Shown here in pieces: positions 9,101 through 21,700 of a DNA stretch of 64,000 nucleotides. The notes beneath the pieces were generated by a model. That model was not told where the DNA came from. It saw nothing but the letters and a program-made list of their open reading frames with translations, and did no database searches. The translations under genes were made by a program, and so were the position numbers. Numbering within the stretch: the stretch's first letter is position 1; each line of letters starts with the position of its first letter. Source of the stretch: a virus (taxonomy: Duplodnaviria; Caudoviricetes); IMG/VR virus record IMGVR_UViG_3300028886_000028, positions 128,001 to 192,000 of that record; one strand, 5' to 3'.

Positions 9101-12100
9101 AAGTTATAGAATTAAAGCCAATGTTGGTATTGACCAGGTTTTAAATGTTAACCTTAAACAAGATATAGATATATATGAAGTACTTTCGCTTAAATTAAAG
9201 CAAGAGAATTTATATAAATTACACTCTGCTGATTATGGTGTCATAGTTGGTAGAGTTCTTGCTAATGATGCGTTTGGAGTTCCTAATGCAAAGGTAACTG
9301 TGTTTATACCTTTGTCAGATGTTGACAAACTTAAAAAGGGTATTAGAGACATATACCCATATGATTTTGTAACGGACGTTGACAATAGAAATGTAAAATT
9401 CAATGCTTTACCTAACTATAAAAAATTTAGTTGCCATCAGGAAGTAGGTTCTTTCCCTAAAAAGCAGTTAGTTCTTGATGAGGACACTGTATTGGAAGTT
9501 TATGACAAATATTATAAATATACTACTATTACAAATAAATCTGGAGACTACATGATATTTGGTGTTCCAACAGGCGAACAAATTTTGCACGTAGATGTTG
9601 ATTTATCTGATATTGGTATAATTTCTCAAGAGCCTAGGGATTTTATTTATAAAGGATATTCTATTGATTTATTTGAAAGCCCAACTCAATTTAAAAAAAG
9701 TACTAATTTAGATGATTTGCCACAGATTCAGACTCAAAATGTATCTGTGACTATATATCCATTGTGGGGTGATAAGACAACAAATGAAATAGCAATTACA
9801 AGAAAAGATATAAATTTACAATATAAATTTGAAACCACTTGTGTATTCATTGGCTCTGTCATAACAGATAATGGCCCTAATAGTATGGGGCATAGTTGTA
9901 TTCCTGATGCAAATGTTGGAGAAGCTGGGCAGTTATCTCCAAGTAAGGGTAATATAGAAATGATTCGTAAAACCGTTGATGATAAAATTGAGGAATATCC
10001 TATAAAGGGAAATCAATTAATTGATGGCGATGGAACATGGTGCTACCAAATACCGATGAATTTGGACTATGTAGGAATGGATGAATATGGCAATATCGTG
10101 CCAACTAACAATCCAAATAAAGGTATACCAACTAGAGCAAGGGTAAGATTTAGATTTACATTAGACGAAACAGGCGAAGATGATTTAACAAGGCATAAAG
10201 CAAGATATTTAGTTCCTAATAATCCTGATATGTATGAAGGCCATCGTGAACCACATATGTATGATGATGTGATGGATAAGGATTTATATTATGAATTTGG
10301 CACTTTAACGCCTGAAGATTGCTTTAGAGATTTGTATTGGAATAAAGTTTATTCTGTTAAAAACTATATACCAAGAATACAAATGAGTAAGCATGAAAAG
10401 TCAGAGAATTATTTGGCTATTAAGGGTGTTAATAAAAAAGATGCGATGAAAAATAACCCTATACCTTTTAACAAATTAAATCTTAATATGAGCATACCTG
10501 CATATTATATGATTTATAGGTATAGTACTGGTGATAAAGGAGTATCGGGATTTTGGAGATTTTTAAGAACTTACTCAATTCTTTATAATGTTGATAATGT
10601 TAGAGAAAGAATAATAGAAGATTTAGATGCTATTGGCCTTGATTTTTATAATGATTGGCTAAATGGGTGTTTATATTTTCCATCTTGGTTTTGGCATATA
10701 AGGCAAAAGAAAAAATATAAAAAAGGAGAATCTGAATATGATAGTGTTTTTTGTGAGTGTAAGAATGTAGCTGATGATAATATACCTGATAGACTATATC
10801 TTTACAATAACTGTTCGTTAGTTTATGAAAACGACAATATGGTTATTAAAACATACAATAAAGTAACTGACAGTTATTTATATGATTCTTTTTATGACTT
10901 GTATACTGGAATACCATTCGGAAGCAAACAATTTTTTAGCGGTATCATTAAAAAAGTGAAAAATAAGGATGGAGCATATGCATATTATTATACTTTTGGA
11001 AATAAATTAGAAAATGATAAAGTTGAAGGTAATCCAGACTTTAATAAAAAATTTCCTGAAGAAATTAGGCCTAAAGATGGGGTTTATTATTATAGGTACG
11101 CAAGGCTTTATTCTACAGATATTATTTTACTTGGTAGTTTAAAAGATTGTGACTTAGATGGTGTTCCTAAAGTAAGTTATTCAATTCCATCCACAACCTC
11201 TAATATACCACCTATGGGTAGATATAAGCCTCAAAGTGAAGAGGTGCAAGGAGAAGCGAAAGAACAAGAACCGGATTACGATGCTGAAGATATTGAATCT
11301 AATTTAGTATCTCATAATGGCATGAGCTGGGGTTCTCATTGGAGGTCTAAGGGCGGTTTTTGGCAACAAATAGCTAAAAGCATAGTAGGAGGGTTTCCTA
11401 CTTATAAATACTATTTAGGAAGTGGCTTATTTTTTGGTTTATCAATACATAAAGTGTATCATGGAAGTGACTGGGCTACAATTGGGCTTATTGCCACATT
11501 GGGAGCATTTGGGGCACTTTTAAGTTCTATTTTTGGAACAGGAAGGCACCTAGATAGAATTGACATTGTTCCGTATAGTGATTTGAAAACTTGTGTTAAC
11601 GCTGAAAGAATAAGTGAACTTGGAGTTACGTTGGATAGTGAAGTGAATATAGAATATGACAGTATTGATGATTCTTCTGGGTATAGTTTTGTGTCTGAAA
11701 TTGATGGACTTATAACAAAGCGAGAAATAGAAGATATAGATACAAGAGCATTATTTGCTACATTGAATTTCAATAAACTTGTAGGGACTTCTGAAAATTA
11801 TATTACTGGTTATAAAAAATATGATTTAAAATATTTTTACCCAACAAACTTTGACGGAAGAATGGGCGATGAAATACGTTTAAAGAATAAAGATAATAAT
11901 AAATTTAACGTAAAATCAGCAATATCAGAATATTATACAAATAATGTTACAACAGATGATAGGAATAAAGATTATCTAGACTTTAGATTTGGCAATAGAA
12001 AAGAGAAATACAATCAAAATTATAGAACTCTTTCCGTTGGGTTTGATGGAAAACAAAGATGGGTATCGCCTTCGTTTAGTGACTTTGTAAAAACAGTAAA

Positions 12101-15100
12101 AAAAGTAAGCAATGATGAATATAATGAATATCGTATTGGCGATGGTTTTACTACTATTACTCGTTTTTGCAAACCAAAAAATAGGCATTTTTATGGGTAT
12201 TCTAAAAATACTGATGCAGTTTATCCTTTGAGAAAAAACCGTTTATATTTTGAGGACTATCCTTATTCATTTCCGTTATATGATAATTCTTTTTATTTTT
12301 ATTTTGGTATGAATCAAGGTAGTACTGCTATTGATAAATTTTATGAAAAATTTTATTCAGAATGCCCTGATAAAAATACCTCTCCATTTATTATGAATGT
12401 TTCTACTACTGCCGCAACTGCTTGTAATAGTAAAAGTGGTTCAATAAGGATTAATGTTGAAGAAATTAATATGCCATATTCCATTTTTCTATGGCATGGT
12501 GATGAAATTAGTGAAGAATATAGAGGCTTAAATGTTTATACTCATACATTTACTAATTTATCAAATGGCGAATATAGAATTGATGTAAAAGATGTATACG
12601 GAACAACTTTATCTGAAAATGTTGTACTTAAATATCAAAAAATATCCCTTAAAACAACTGTTGTTAGAGGAATAACCACGGAATATATAAATCAGGATTG
12701 TGAAGAAATATGTTCAAATGATTATTATGGTAAGTTAAGTATTGATTCTTATATTAATTACGGAACCAAATATAATGCAAATTTATCAAAAATAAGGGAA
12801 GGCATTTATAAAATTGGCGATGGGCAATATGGAGATATTAGAATAGAAATAAAACCAAACATCGGTAGCAATTTTTCAGATTATGTTTGTAAAAATGAAT
12901 GCGGAAAGCCTGAGTTTGAAGGCAATGTGATAAACATTAGCAAACCAGGCACATTTACTATTAGTGTATATGAAATGTGCAATGAAGAAATATCATCTAA
13001 CATATCTTATTATACAGTAACAATACCTGACACTAAGGGTCTTGAAATGTATATTAATGGAGTGCCATTGAAATATATTGTAGGTAGAGAAGAAGATTTA
13101 TTGCCTTACAACAAATGGTTTCATAATAATGGAGAACGAGTAACAGGAGTAACAGATACCTCAATAAAAGGATGGTTTGGAGTTCATAATCCTAAGTCAT
13201 ACGATGAACTATTTCAAACGCCACTTTCTACAGATGCAAATAAATTAACATGGTTAATTGATATTGTTAATGGAGGAAATCTTGATATAATTCATGAAAA
13301 GTTCAATTATATGTTTAACCTATCAGAAGGCGCATATGTTACTGCTAATGAACAGAGTTCGTTCGTAGTTAATATTGATGGTGCTTCTGGTGAATTGTTA
13401 TTAAGAAGTGCCGCCCCGGAATATAGTAAATTTAGCGAATATAACACTGAAATTTGCCCAAATAATTGTTTTAAAAGTTATCTAACTAACGAAAATAAAG
13501 AAGTTATTTGTAATGAATTTAATGCAAACATAGTTTCTGAAAATTATAGGTATGTTAATGACGATAAATTTCCAACAGGAAATCCAGTTCCAAATGGATA
13601 TGATTTCAATCCAAAATATAAAGATTCATTAGATAAAGCAGCAAACTATTTTGCTGGTTTTTCTAATAATGCTAATATTGTGCAATTAACAGAAAATGAA
13701 TGCGAACAGAGAACTGACTATAAGCCATATCAAGTGATACCTTATAAAGCGCATGACCTTTATAAGGAATATGGAATGTGTGTTTATGACGAAAAAGATG
13801 ACATTTTGCAAAAAGTGTATACTCCTGACAATTCATTAGGTACTAAAAGATATTTCAGAACAGAATTTATCGACAGAAGGTTTGATTATGATTTTGTGTA
13901 TATAACTGGAAGGAAGCCCAATCACTACGATGTTGAAAATTACGAATATGAAAGTGATGGTATTTGGAGAATGGCAAGAATTTCTGCATTAACATATAAT
14001 GGTATAGAAATGGAATATGATTCTTCAAAGAATATTATTTCTAGTAATAGTATTGATACAGAATATAATTACAACATTGATGATTGTACAGTCAAATTAA
14101 ACGATGGTATTAAAAGATTTTATGAATCTAAACTTTATTATGGCGATGGAAAATATGTTGATTTAGTGGATGGGTTTAAATCAACTAAAAATACAAACCC
14201 TAAAGCATATTATTATAACAACGATAATGCAAATGATAAAGTAACATGTGATTATTTAGTTTCAAACGATAATGATTCAAAAGTAAACGGAAATTTTGGG
14301 TTAAACGTTGATAATGGTAACGTAACTTATCCTACTTTGAGAAGTATTAGTTTCAATAATATACCTTATGGGGATAATTACACTTTTACAAATGTAAGTT
14401 GTTCGTATAATAAAATTGATATAATTCAAAATACACAATCAATTTTAGCAAAGGCTGCATATGGAGAAGAAGTATCTCATTCAATTGAAGGCGGAGAATT
14501 AGTAAAGATAGTATGTTCTGATTTTGAAAAATATTGCACAGATGGAAATTATAATGTTCATTTCATTGGAAGTTCAGGCACAAGTTCAGAACTTTATTGT
14601 GATAGAATAAATAGTATAGATTTTGTTATAGATGCAAAAAGCACTACTGGCTTTAGAAGTAAATTTGGAGAAATAGGAATAAAAATATGCGGTGATGATA
14701 TAAACCATACTTTTTTAAATGAAATAAAATCTAATGCATTAACTTCTTATCAATCAGTAGTAAATACCATTAACAACGCCCAAAAAATGTCAATACCAAC
14801 AGATACAAATTTCATGGATTCTGATATTGTAAGGAATAAAATTTATAAAATATCTTGCGATTGGAGTTCATCAAAATTTTTAAACATAGTGTTTGATAGA
14901 GAGTATTTTAGTCAAGCAGCAGATTCTTTAATGAAGAAAATAAAAGTAATAAATACATCGACAGTGTTTAACGTTAATAATTTTACTTTTTCATATGTTA
15001 GTCATCAAATAGTTAGGGACGAATTTGTCATACCAGGAGAAGACGTAAATATTGATGTGTCAGGCGATGTTACAATATGTGGAAATACTTCTAACTTGGA

Positions 15101-15479
15101 GAACACTGAGGTTGATGTACAAGATATTACCGGAGGAACTGAACGAGATTATACTGTTTTCGAATTTTCTTCTTCGAGTTTCTTAGTGCATTGTTTGGAT
15201 AATATATGTTTTAACGTTACTTATAAAGGAACATCTGTTAATTATATGCTAACTGACGATAATTTTGAAATTATACAAAGAACTTCTGATTCTATTAAAG
15301 TTGGCGTAAAATGGGATAGACACAATGTTTTATTAAAAAATGGTGGCGGTGACTCTGCTGTTGTTAAAGTATTTTTGAAAATAAAGAATGAAATAAAATC
15401 TCAAAACGGAGAAGGACATTTAGTTTTTGGGTATAGTTTTAAGATTACTGGCGAAAGTTTAAATATGAATTTTAATTAA
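9093..15479 (+). CDS. Giant (2128 aa) putative baseplate/tail structural protein
   Basis: Uninterrupted ORF in baseplate operon. N-terminal carboxypeptidase-regulatory-like beta motif (GVIVGRVLANDAFGVPNAKV); SprB-like repeat (FTNLSNGEYRIDVKDVYG). Confidence 0.65.
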   Translation: MDKSYRIKANVGIDQVLNVNLKQDIDIYEVLSLKLKQENLYKLHSADYGVIVGRVLANDAFGVPNAKVTVFIPLSDVDKLKKGIRDIYPYDFVTDVDNRNVKFNALPNYKKFSCHQEVGSFPKKQLVLDEDTVLEVYDKYYKYTTITNKSGDYMIFGVPTGEQILHVDVDLSDIGIISQEPRDFIYKGYSIDLFESPTQFKKSTNLDDLPQIQTQNVSVTIYPLWGDKTTNEIAITRKDINLQYKFETTCVFIGSVITDNGPNSMGHSCIPDANVGEAGQLSPSKGNIEMIRKTVDDKIEEYPIKGNQLIDGDGTWCYQIPMNLDYVGMDEYGNIVPTNNPNKGIPTRARVRFRFTLDETGEDDLTRHKARYLVPNNPDMYEGHREPHMYDDVMDKDLYYEFGTLTPEDCFRDLYWNKVYSVKNYIPRIQMSKHEKSENYLAIKGVNKKDAMKNNPIPFNKLNLNMSIPAYYMIYRYSTGDKGVSGFWRFLRTYSILYNVDNVRERIIEDLDAIGLDFYNDWLNGCLYFPSWFWHIRQKKKYKKGESEYDSVFCECKNVADDNIPDRLYLYNNCSLVYENDNMVIKTYNKVTDSYLYDSFYDLYTGIPFGSKQFFSGIIKKVKNKDGAYAYYYTFGNKLENDKVEGNPDFNKKFPEEIRPKDGVYYYRYARLYSTDIILLGSLKDCDLDGVPKVSYSIPSTTSNIPPMGRYKPQSEEVQGEAKEQEPDYDAEDIESNLVSHNGMSWGSHWRSKGGFWQQIAKSIVGGFPTYKYYLGSGLFFGLSIHKVYHGSDWATIGLIATLGAFGALLSSIFGTGRHLDRIDIVPYSDLKTCVNAERISELGVTLDSEVNIEYDSIDDSSGYSFVSEIDGLITKREIEDIDTRALFATLNFNKLVGTSENYITGYKKYDLKYFYPTNFDGRMGDEIRLKNKDNNKFNVKSAISEYYTNNVTTDDRNKDYLDFRFGNRKEKYNQNYRTLSVGFDGKQRWVSPSFSDFVKTVKKVSNDEYNEYRIGDGFTTITRFCKPKNRHFYGYSKNTDAVYPLRKNRLYFEDYPYSFPLYDNSFYFYFGMNQGSTAIDKFYEKFYSECPDKNTSPFIMNVSTTAATACNSKSGSIRINVEEINMPYSIFLWHGDEISEEYRGLNVYTHTFTNLSNGEYRIDVKDVYGTTLSENVVLKYQKISLKTTVVRGITTEYINQDCEEICSNDYYGKLSIDSYINYGTKYNANLSKIREGIYKIGDGQYGDIRIEIKPNIGSNFSDYVCKNECGKPEFEGNVINISKPGTFTISVYEMCNEEISSNISYYTVTIPDTKGLEMYINGVPLKYIVGREEDLLPYNKWFHNNGERVTGVTDTSIKGWFGVHNPKSYDELFQTPLSTDANKLTWLIDIVNGGNLDIIHEKFNYMFNLSEGAYVTANEQSSFVVNIDGASGELLLRSAAPEYSKFSEYNTEICPNNCFKSYLTNENKEVICNEFNANIVSENYRYVNDDKFPTGNPVPNGYDFNPKYKDSLDKAANYFAGFSNNANIVQLTENECEQRTDYKPYQVIPYKAHDLYKEYGMCVYDEKDDILQKVYTPDNSLGTKRYFRTEFIDRRFDYDFVYITGRKPNHYDVENYEYESDGIWRMARISALTYNGIEMEYDSSKNIISSNSIDTEYNYNIDDCTVKLNDGIKRFYESKLYYGDGKYVDLVDGFKSTKNTNPKAYYYNNDNANDKVTCDYLVSNDNDSKVNGNFGLNVDNGNVTYPTLRSISFNNIPYGDNYTFTNVSCSYNKIDIIQNTQSILAKAAYGEEVSHSIEGGELVKIVCSDFEKYCTDGNYNVHFIGSSGTSSELYCDRINSIDFVIDAKSTTGFRSKFGEIGIKICGDDINHTFLNEIKSNALTSYQSVVNTINNAQKMSIPTDTNFMDSDIVRNKIYKISCDWSSSKFLNIVFDREYFSQAADSLMKKIKVINTSTVFNVNNFTFSYVSHQIVRDEFVIPGEDVNIDVSGDVTICGNTSNLENTEVDVQDITGGTERDYTVFEFSSSSFLVHCLDNICFNVTYKGTSVNYMLTDDNFEIIQRTSDSIKVGVKWDRHNVLLKNGGGDSAVVKVFLKIKNEIKSQNGEGHLVFGYSFKITGESLNMNFN

Positions 15480-15491
15480 TTTTTTTAAAAA

Positions 15492-18400
15492 ATGGAATCA
15501 ACACAAAATATTTTACTTAATAGTTCAAAAAACAAAAAAGAAACTAATGAAAATGTTTCATTACAAATTGAATTTTCCGGTAATATGAAATTATTGCCGG
15601 AAGATACTGTTGAGGATTCACTAAATTCATACGATATATACCTTAATGAACGAAAGGAAAGTAATAAATTTAGATTAGTAGTTAATATCAATCCGTTTTG
15701 CAGTAATGTTCTCTTTAACCCATTTACTGAAATAGTAAAAAACGAAGGAACAGAATCTGTAGTATGTTTGAACTATGAAGATGGCTATACAGAAAATAAA
15801 AATAATTTAATAGGAAAAAGTGAATATTTTGTGTGGCATCAATATGATGCAATTAGAGACACGCAGCTTTCTAATGAAACTTGTGGATTTGAATATCATT
15901 GTGGAATTGATATTTTTAATAATCATATTTTAAGAAATAAAACTTTAAAAGCTGTTAATTTTAACGAAACTAATTCCCTAAAAACTTTAGGCATGTTAGA
16001 TTACACTACAGATGGAGATAAAATCTATGGAAAATCTTTTAAAAAAGTTAAGGTTAATGAATTAGGGGATACACCAGGCCATCAATGGCAATATTTCATA
16101 GAAACAGATTTTAATACAATAGATGATTATATGCGAGATAAAGATGGGTGGGTTATTTCTGAGCATTTTCCTAAGATAGTTAAAAAAGATTCTGTACGTA
16201 GTAATTTAGAGACAATTATTATGCCTCTTCATCTGTACCAAAATTATGACATACTTAGTTTTAGAGATTGCATTAAAGAAAAATTACTGGAGAATAATGG
16301 ATGGTATGGATTTAGTAACCCATCTACTCTTGGTATTACTGAAACAAAAAATGGAACTCATCAATCAACCACAGTAAATTCTACGTTTGATGTTGATAAA
16401 TTATCACTAAAAATTTGCCCTCCTGATACAAATGGCAATGTAAGCATAACTGCAATAAAAACAACGAGCGTTGATAATATAGATGCGTCAAGACTCGATA
16501 TAAATAAAACAATTAACAATAAGGAATATTGTGATTATATTGATATGTATCCAGGAAGAGATTTATACTCTTTCACCCCCAAGTATAACGAAGGCAGAAA
16601 ACGAATTGAAAAAAATTGGAATTATTGTTTAACTTATCCTAGTAAAAACGTCATTAAAAATGATGATATTGACTTTCCATTTTTTAGAATAGATGATAGA
16701 GGAAATACGTCTTTGAAAGTTTATATGTTTGATGAGGGAACTGTTGACGATGATGGTACTCAACTTTTGACAATATATACTGTATGCCAGCATGGACTTA
16801 TGGAAGGTGATGAAGTTAATATATACAAGTCGAATGATATATTTTACGATTCAGCTGAGGTTATTCATGTAATTGATAAATATATTTTTCAAGTTTTTAA
16901 GAATACTTCTAACATGTCAGATTATTGGATTGAGGTAGAAAATAGGAATGTTGTTGGAGTAGATATTCTTAACCCTTTTCAGTATAGTCCTGAAGAATCT
17001 CCTATTTTGCCTCAGAGAATATTAGACGGCATATTGCAAGTTGGTGGAAATTATTTTCCTATATGCGAAAGTAATAGATGTAATGTTGACCCTAACGCTC
17101 AAGATATTCACATAAGAAGGGTTGTTAGTGGTGTAGAATGTAAGTACTATGTAAGAAAATTTTCGAGATTGCCTAATTTTAAATTTAGGGATGAAGAGGT
17201 TAATGATTATACTTTATATGATGATTCGCACAATAAAAAGAAAAATAAAAAAGGAGAACTTACTTTAATAGAAAAATTTTCAAAACCAGGTGATAAAAAG
17301 ACAGAATTTGAGAGCCATATTTCTAAATTGGGATTTGCCAGCACATCATATGGCGATGATTCCACTGAAATAGTATTTACTGATGATATTAATACTTCAT
17401 TTATAAGAGATAATTTGGGCAGGCCGTTAAGTGATATATTTCTTACTATTATTAAAAATAACAAAGGATATAAAGAATGGTATGGAATTGGAAAGGGAAT
17501 AACAATTAATAGTATTGATGTAGAATATTCTCATTGTTTTGGTAAGGTTAATGGCAGTTTTTTGCTTTCAGATTATTACAGGGAATATTATTTAAATGGT
17601 AATAATAATGTAAATTTATATGATGTTAGGGATATAACAGCAAATAGTTTTCATAGCCTTCTAATTACTAACAAAGTTGATAAATCAACAAGTCCTGATT
17701 CTGACGAAATAGAATTTAGCAAGGATTGGGAGTATTATGGGGACATATGCTGTTTTTCTCCTATAGATTGTGATGAACAAAGTATTCAATATGCTATGCA
17801 TAGATTCAATACAGTCCAAAGAGAACTGGTAAATTATGATGCCGAAGATGCAAATAGAAAATTTAATAATGGCAAAATGTATTATGATGAAATACTTCAT
17901 GTAGAGAATTCATTACCATTTAGTAAAGCATACGATGGAGACCCGTATGAGCCATTTAAACGAGGTTCTTTACAAAGGAAAAAGAAAAAAGAGATATTAG
18001 CAACAAATCTTTATCACACTACTAAAGAAGAACTTAATTCTATGCTTAATTTCCAAGAAGGATATTATTATCAGCCTCATTATAGAATATCAGTTAAAAC
18101 TATATCTAGTGAATTAAGTAAAGATGAAAATGTAGAGTATGAGATTGTAGAAATTAGAGACCCATCTGCTACTACAGAAAACGATAGGACATTATATGAG
18201 TTAAAAACATCTGTTGATAACTTGTTCAGTGAAAATGAAAAAGCGGTATTATATAAAAAATCAATAAATAAATATTATTTTATAACTGTATATGCCATAA
18301 TAGATTTTAATAGATTTATTTGCACTATTTCTGATGAATCAGGTAATCATGATATAACAATTGATGGTATTTTTGATATTGAAAACATTAATGATTATAC

Positions 18401-18728
18401 ATTAGTGAAAAAACACGATGAAACTCCTGATTATGCAAGATTAATTAATGATGGTTCTTGCAGATATGTTTGGAGAAAAATACTTTCAAATGGCGTAGAG
18501 GATGGGGATTATGTATATCCATTTACTAATGGGGCATTTTACATTAATAGGCAAATTAATTTCTTTTTGAGAAGGCAAGACCCTAAAAAATTTAATTTAG
18601 GCTTTACCGGAGGAAACGGAGAGGAACATATAGACTTTGTTCCAGATGGAGAAAGTATAAGCAATTATCCTAATTTTAATGTAAACGAACAAACTAATTA
18701 CGAAGCAAACGAAATTAAAGAATGTTAA
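15492..18728 (+). CDS. Large putative structural protein (1078 aa)
   Basis: Co-oriented in baseplate block; RDNLGRPLSDIFLTIIKNN and YPFTNGAFY motifs; no firm family call. Confidence 0.55.
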   Translation: MESTQNILLNSSKNKKETNENVSLQIEFSGNMKLLPEDTVEDSLNSYDIYLNERKESNKFRLVVNINPFCSNVLFNPFTEIVKNEGTESVVCLNYEDGYTENKNNLIGKSEYFVWHQYDAIRDTQLSNETCGFEYHCGIDIFNNHILRNKTLKAVNFNETNSLKTLGMLDYTTDGDKIYGKSFKKVKVNELGDTPGHQWQYFIETDFNTIDDYMRDKDGWVISEHFPKIVKKDSVRSNLETIIMPLHLYQNYDILSFRDCIKEKLLENNGWYGFSNPSTLGITETKNGTHQSTTVNSTFDVDKLSLKICPPDTNGNVSITAIKTTSVDNIDASRLDINKTINNKEYCDYIDMYPGRDLYSFTPKYNEGRKRIEKNWNYCLTYPSKNVIKNDDIDFPFFRIDDRGNTSLKVYMFDEGTVDDDGTQLLTIYTVCQHGLMEGDEVNIYKSNDIFYDSAEVIHVIDKYIFQVFKNTSNMSDYWIEVENRNVVGVDILNPFQYSPEESPILPQRILDGILQVGGNYFPICESNRCNVDPNAQDIHIRRVVSGVECKYYVRKFSRLPNFKFRDEEVNDYTLYDDSHNKKKNKKGELTLIEKFSKPGDKKTEFESHISKLGFASTSYGDDSTEIVFTDDINTSFIRDNLGRPLSDIFLTIIKNNKGYKEWYGIGKGITINSIDVEYSHCFGKVNGSFLLSDYYREYYLNGNNNVNLYDVRDITANSFHSLLITNKVDKSTSPDSDEIEFSKDWEYYGDICCFSPIDCDEQSIQYAMHRFNTVQRELVNYDAEDANRKFNNGKMYYDEILHVENSLPFSKAYDGDPYEPFKRGSLQRKKKKEILATNLYHTTKEELNSMLNFQEGYYYQPHYRISVKTISSELSKDENVEYEIVEIRDPSATTENDRTLYELKTSVDNLFSENEKAVLYKKSINKYYFITVYAIIDFNRFICTISDESGNHDITIDGIFDIENINDYTLVKKHDETPDYARLINDGSCRYVWRKILSNGVEDGDYVYPFTNGAFYINRQINFFLRRQDPKKFNLGFTGGNGEEHIDFVPDGESISNYPNFNVNEQTNYEANEIKEC

Positions 18729-21700
18729 AGTATTCCATTAAACCTAATAAAAATATAGAATTGAAAGACTTTCCAATTAGAGAAATATTTGTTTCTCCTG
18801 ATTTAACATACATATCAGGCGTTACAGATATAAATAACGGTTTAGTAAATGGAGAAAAAATTCTCATTAGAAGTCCATATCTTATTGGTAATGAAATCAA
18901 TACTATAAATGTTGAAACCGTTAAAAGACAAGGTAGAGTAAATATTACTATTAAATTGCCAATAAAAAAAATCACTTTGCCGTTAAATTTTCAGATATAT
19001 AGTGATGATAATGGTGACAGTTATATATTAGCATTTAATAAAAAAACAATAGTTAATGATATTTCAGGTGATACTGTGGTAAGCAGTATTACTCAAAATT
19101 ATGTTGAATATAAAGGAGATATTTGTTATTTTTTTCATGGAACACCAAGTGGCTATTTAATTGACCATAAATTTTACGAGGCAAATGATAGTGATGAGTA
19201 TATTGAACTTGAAACATATACTTACATAGAAAATGGAAAAATGCAAATAGGAGATTATACATATTATGCTGATTATTCTAAAATAGATTCAGAAACTCCA
19301 CCTGAATTAAAATTAGGTAAAAATCATGAACCAATAAAAAAAGAAGATTTAATAGGCCTTATTGATGGTTGCGAGTGTTATATGGGTGATGTTTTAGATT
19401 ATGAGCCTATAAAATGGGAAAGAGTCGATAAGTTTTATATTCAAAAGGTAAAAAACCCAACTTTTAATGTGGATGATGTATTATACGGTGGCTATAAACA
19501 TTATGTGACATATAATGACGAAAATTATTATTTTAGGGACGTATATCAATATGATAAAGAGTTAGGAGAAGATGTATATATGGGGTATGGCACTGTTATT
19601 AATGATATGTTTCGTGAAGCATTATCTAATTATGGCAGCAACCTATATAAAACTTATCACGATGAACCTTTTATTGGAAGTTATTTATATATTGGAGAGT
19701 ATGAAGAATATTTAGAAGTGCATGATAGTTTAATAAGTCCTATTAATGGCGGCAGATTCGTAATTTTAATCGGCGCAGACGGCGGAAGTGATGTGTCACC
19801 TGGTAATTTTATAATAGCTGAAAGCAATTCTCCAATATCCATAAAAAGATATGTGGAAGAGGATAGCGATGTTGTAGAAAAAAACAAATATATTGTTTTT
19901 GGAGGAAAGAAATATTTAGTTGAAGCTCATTTGTGCGACACAGTTAATATATCAGATGAAGATTATGTTTTAACATATTTAAATGAAGAATTAAGTAGTG
20001 CTAGTACTGTTATAAATGGAGAAACAATGTATTTTGATATAGATGATAATAAAGCAGTTTTAAGCAATAAAATATATTACAAATCATCTAGTGAAGAAGA
20101 AGAAATTATAAAAGTTAAGTACGGCATTAAAGAAGAAGGGTATGAGATAACAGAGTCAAGTGGAGTAACAATAGGTGATAGAAAATATCCTGTTGTTACC
20201 GAAAGCGGATATACTAATGATGGAGAGGAAATTACATTTGATACTGTAACATTAAATGAAAATATAAAAATAACTTTAGAAGTAACAGATAAAAATGGCA
20301 TAAGTACTTATTTAGCATATCCCGTTACTGATGATGATTTTATTGATGAAACTTCAAATATATTATTACAAAGAGAGTATAGTGATGTGATAGTAAGCAA
20401 CTGGAAATCGTTTAATTTTACACTTAGAAAAGACACATTTGGAAAACGTCCTTTAACTGTTGAAAATGGTTTAATGGATTCTATGTCATCAATGTTTCCG
20501 TATTCTATTTCAGATGCTTATTTACTGGAAAATAAAATAGAATTATTAAGAATGCAAGATTATTTATCATTTAATTTTCCTTTACTTAATAAAATAGGTA
20601 CCGATATTAGACGTGAAGATATAATTAAAAATGATTTTGTTGACTATATAAAAAAGGAATCAATAAACACAATAGTCGATATGGAAAAGGACGTATATTA
20701 CCCAGTATGGATTAATAATGGGAAATATAGTCCTATACAACAAATTAGATTCAATTTGCATTTTAGAACAAGAAATTTTGATACATGGAAAACATATGAA
20801 GATGATAGGGAGTTTAAGGGGGTAGAGACACCAAACCATTTAAAATCAAATTGGTTCGTTACTGATTTAAGTTATTATAATGATATGGTTAATCAAGCAG
20901 AAAGTGCGGAAGAAAGAAGAGTTATTTTATCTAAATTACACGATTCTTCTGATTTACTAGGTTTGATGAACTTTACAATGGATGAAATTAAAAATCAAGC
21001 AACTAAAATAGGAAAATCTTTTTTAAGGCTTTCTTTTTATAGCACAAATGACCCTAAAACACAAGTATTACTTGCGACTTCAACAATTTTTTTAGACGAA
21101 AGTTTTTTATATAAAAAATATATTAATTCAAAAAGAAATTCAGACTTAACATTTGCGGATGTAAAAGTAATGCAACAATCAGGATATGAAACGTTTGCAA
21201 GTTATGCGGCAGACGCAGCGATAGGAAGAAGTGATTTTCAAGTGTCATCAAATACAATAACAGATGCTTCAGAAGTTTATATGGATAAATTTTTTAATGA
21301 TGATACAAGGTTAAGTAGTAGATTAGTTGTTAATGATAAATATAATACAGATACTTCATCAGAGGGATATTATATATATATGTTCAAAGAATACGCTAAA
21401 AAAATGCGTGAATCAACAATTTATATGAAAGTAGATTTTAACCATGCCGGTATTGGTCAGACAATGAGTTTTATGCTTCCTAGGACAATATTAGATAACG
21501 ATGTAGATGGTATAGGTAGCCCTTTGTATTTATATAATGATAATGACGTGAAAATTTTAAAAAATGGTTTCAATTTAACTGATATTTATAAGCAAACTCA
21601 TATCCCTATAAGAATAATTTACGATGAAGAAACAAATAAATATGTTTATTATTTACCAAATGAACTTAGAGAAAATAGCAGACTAGGGATAGATAATGAA

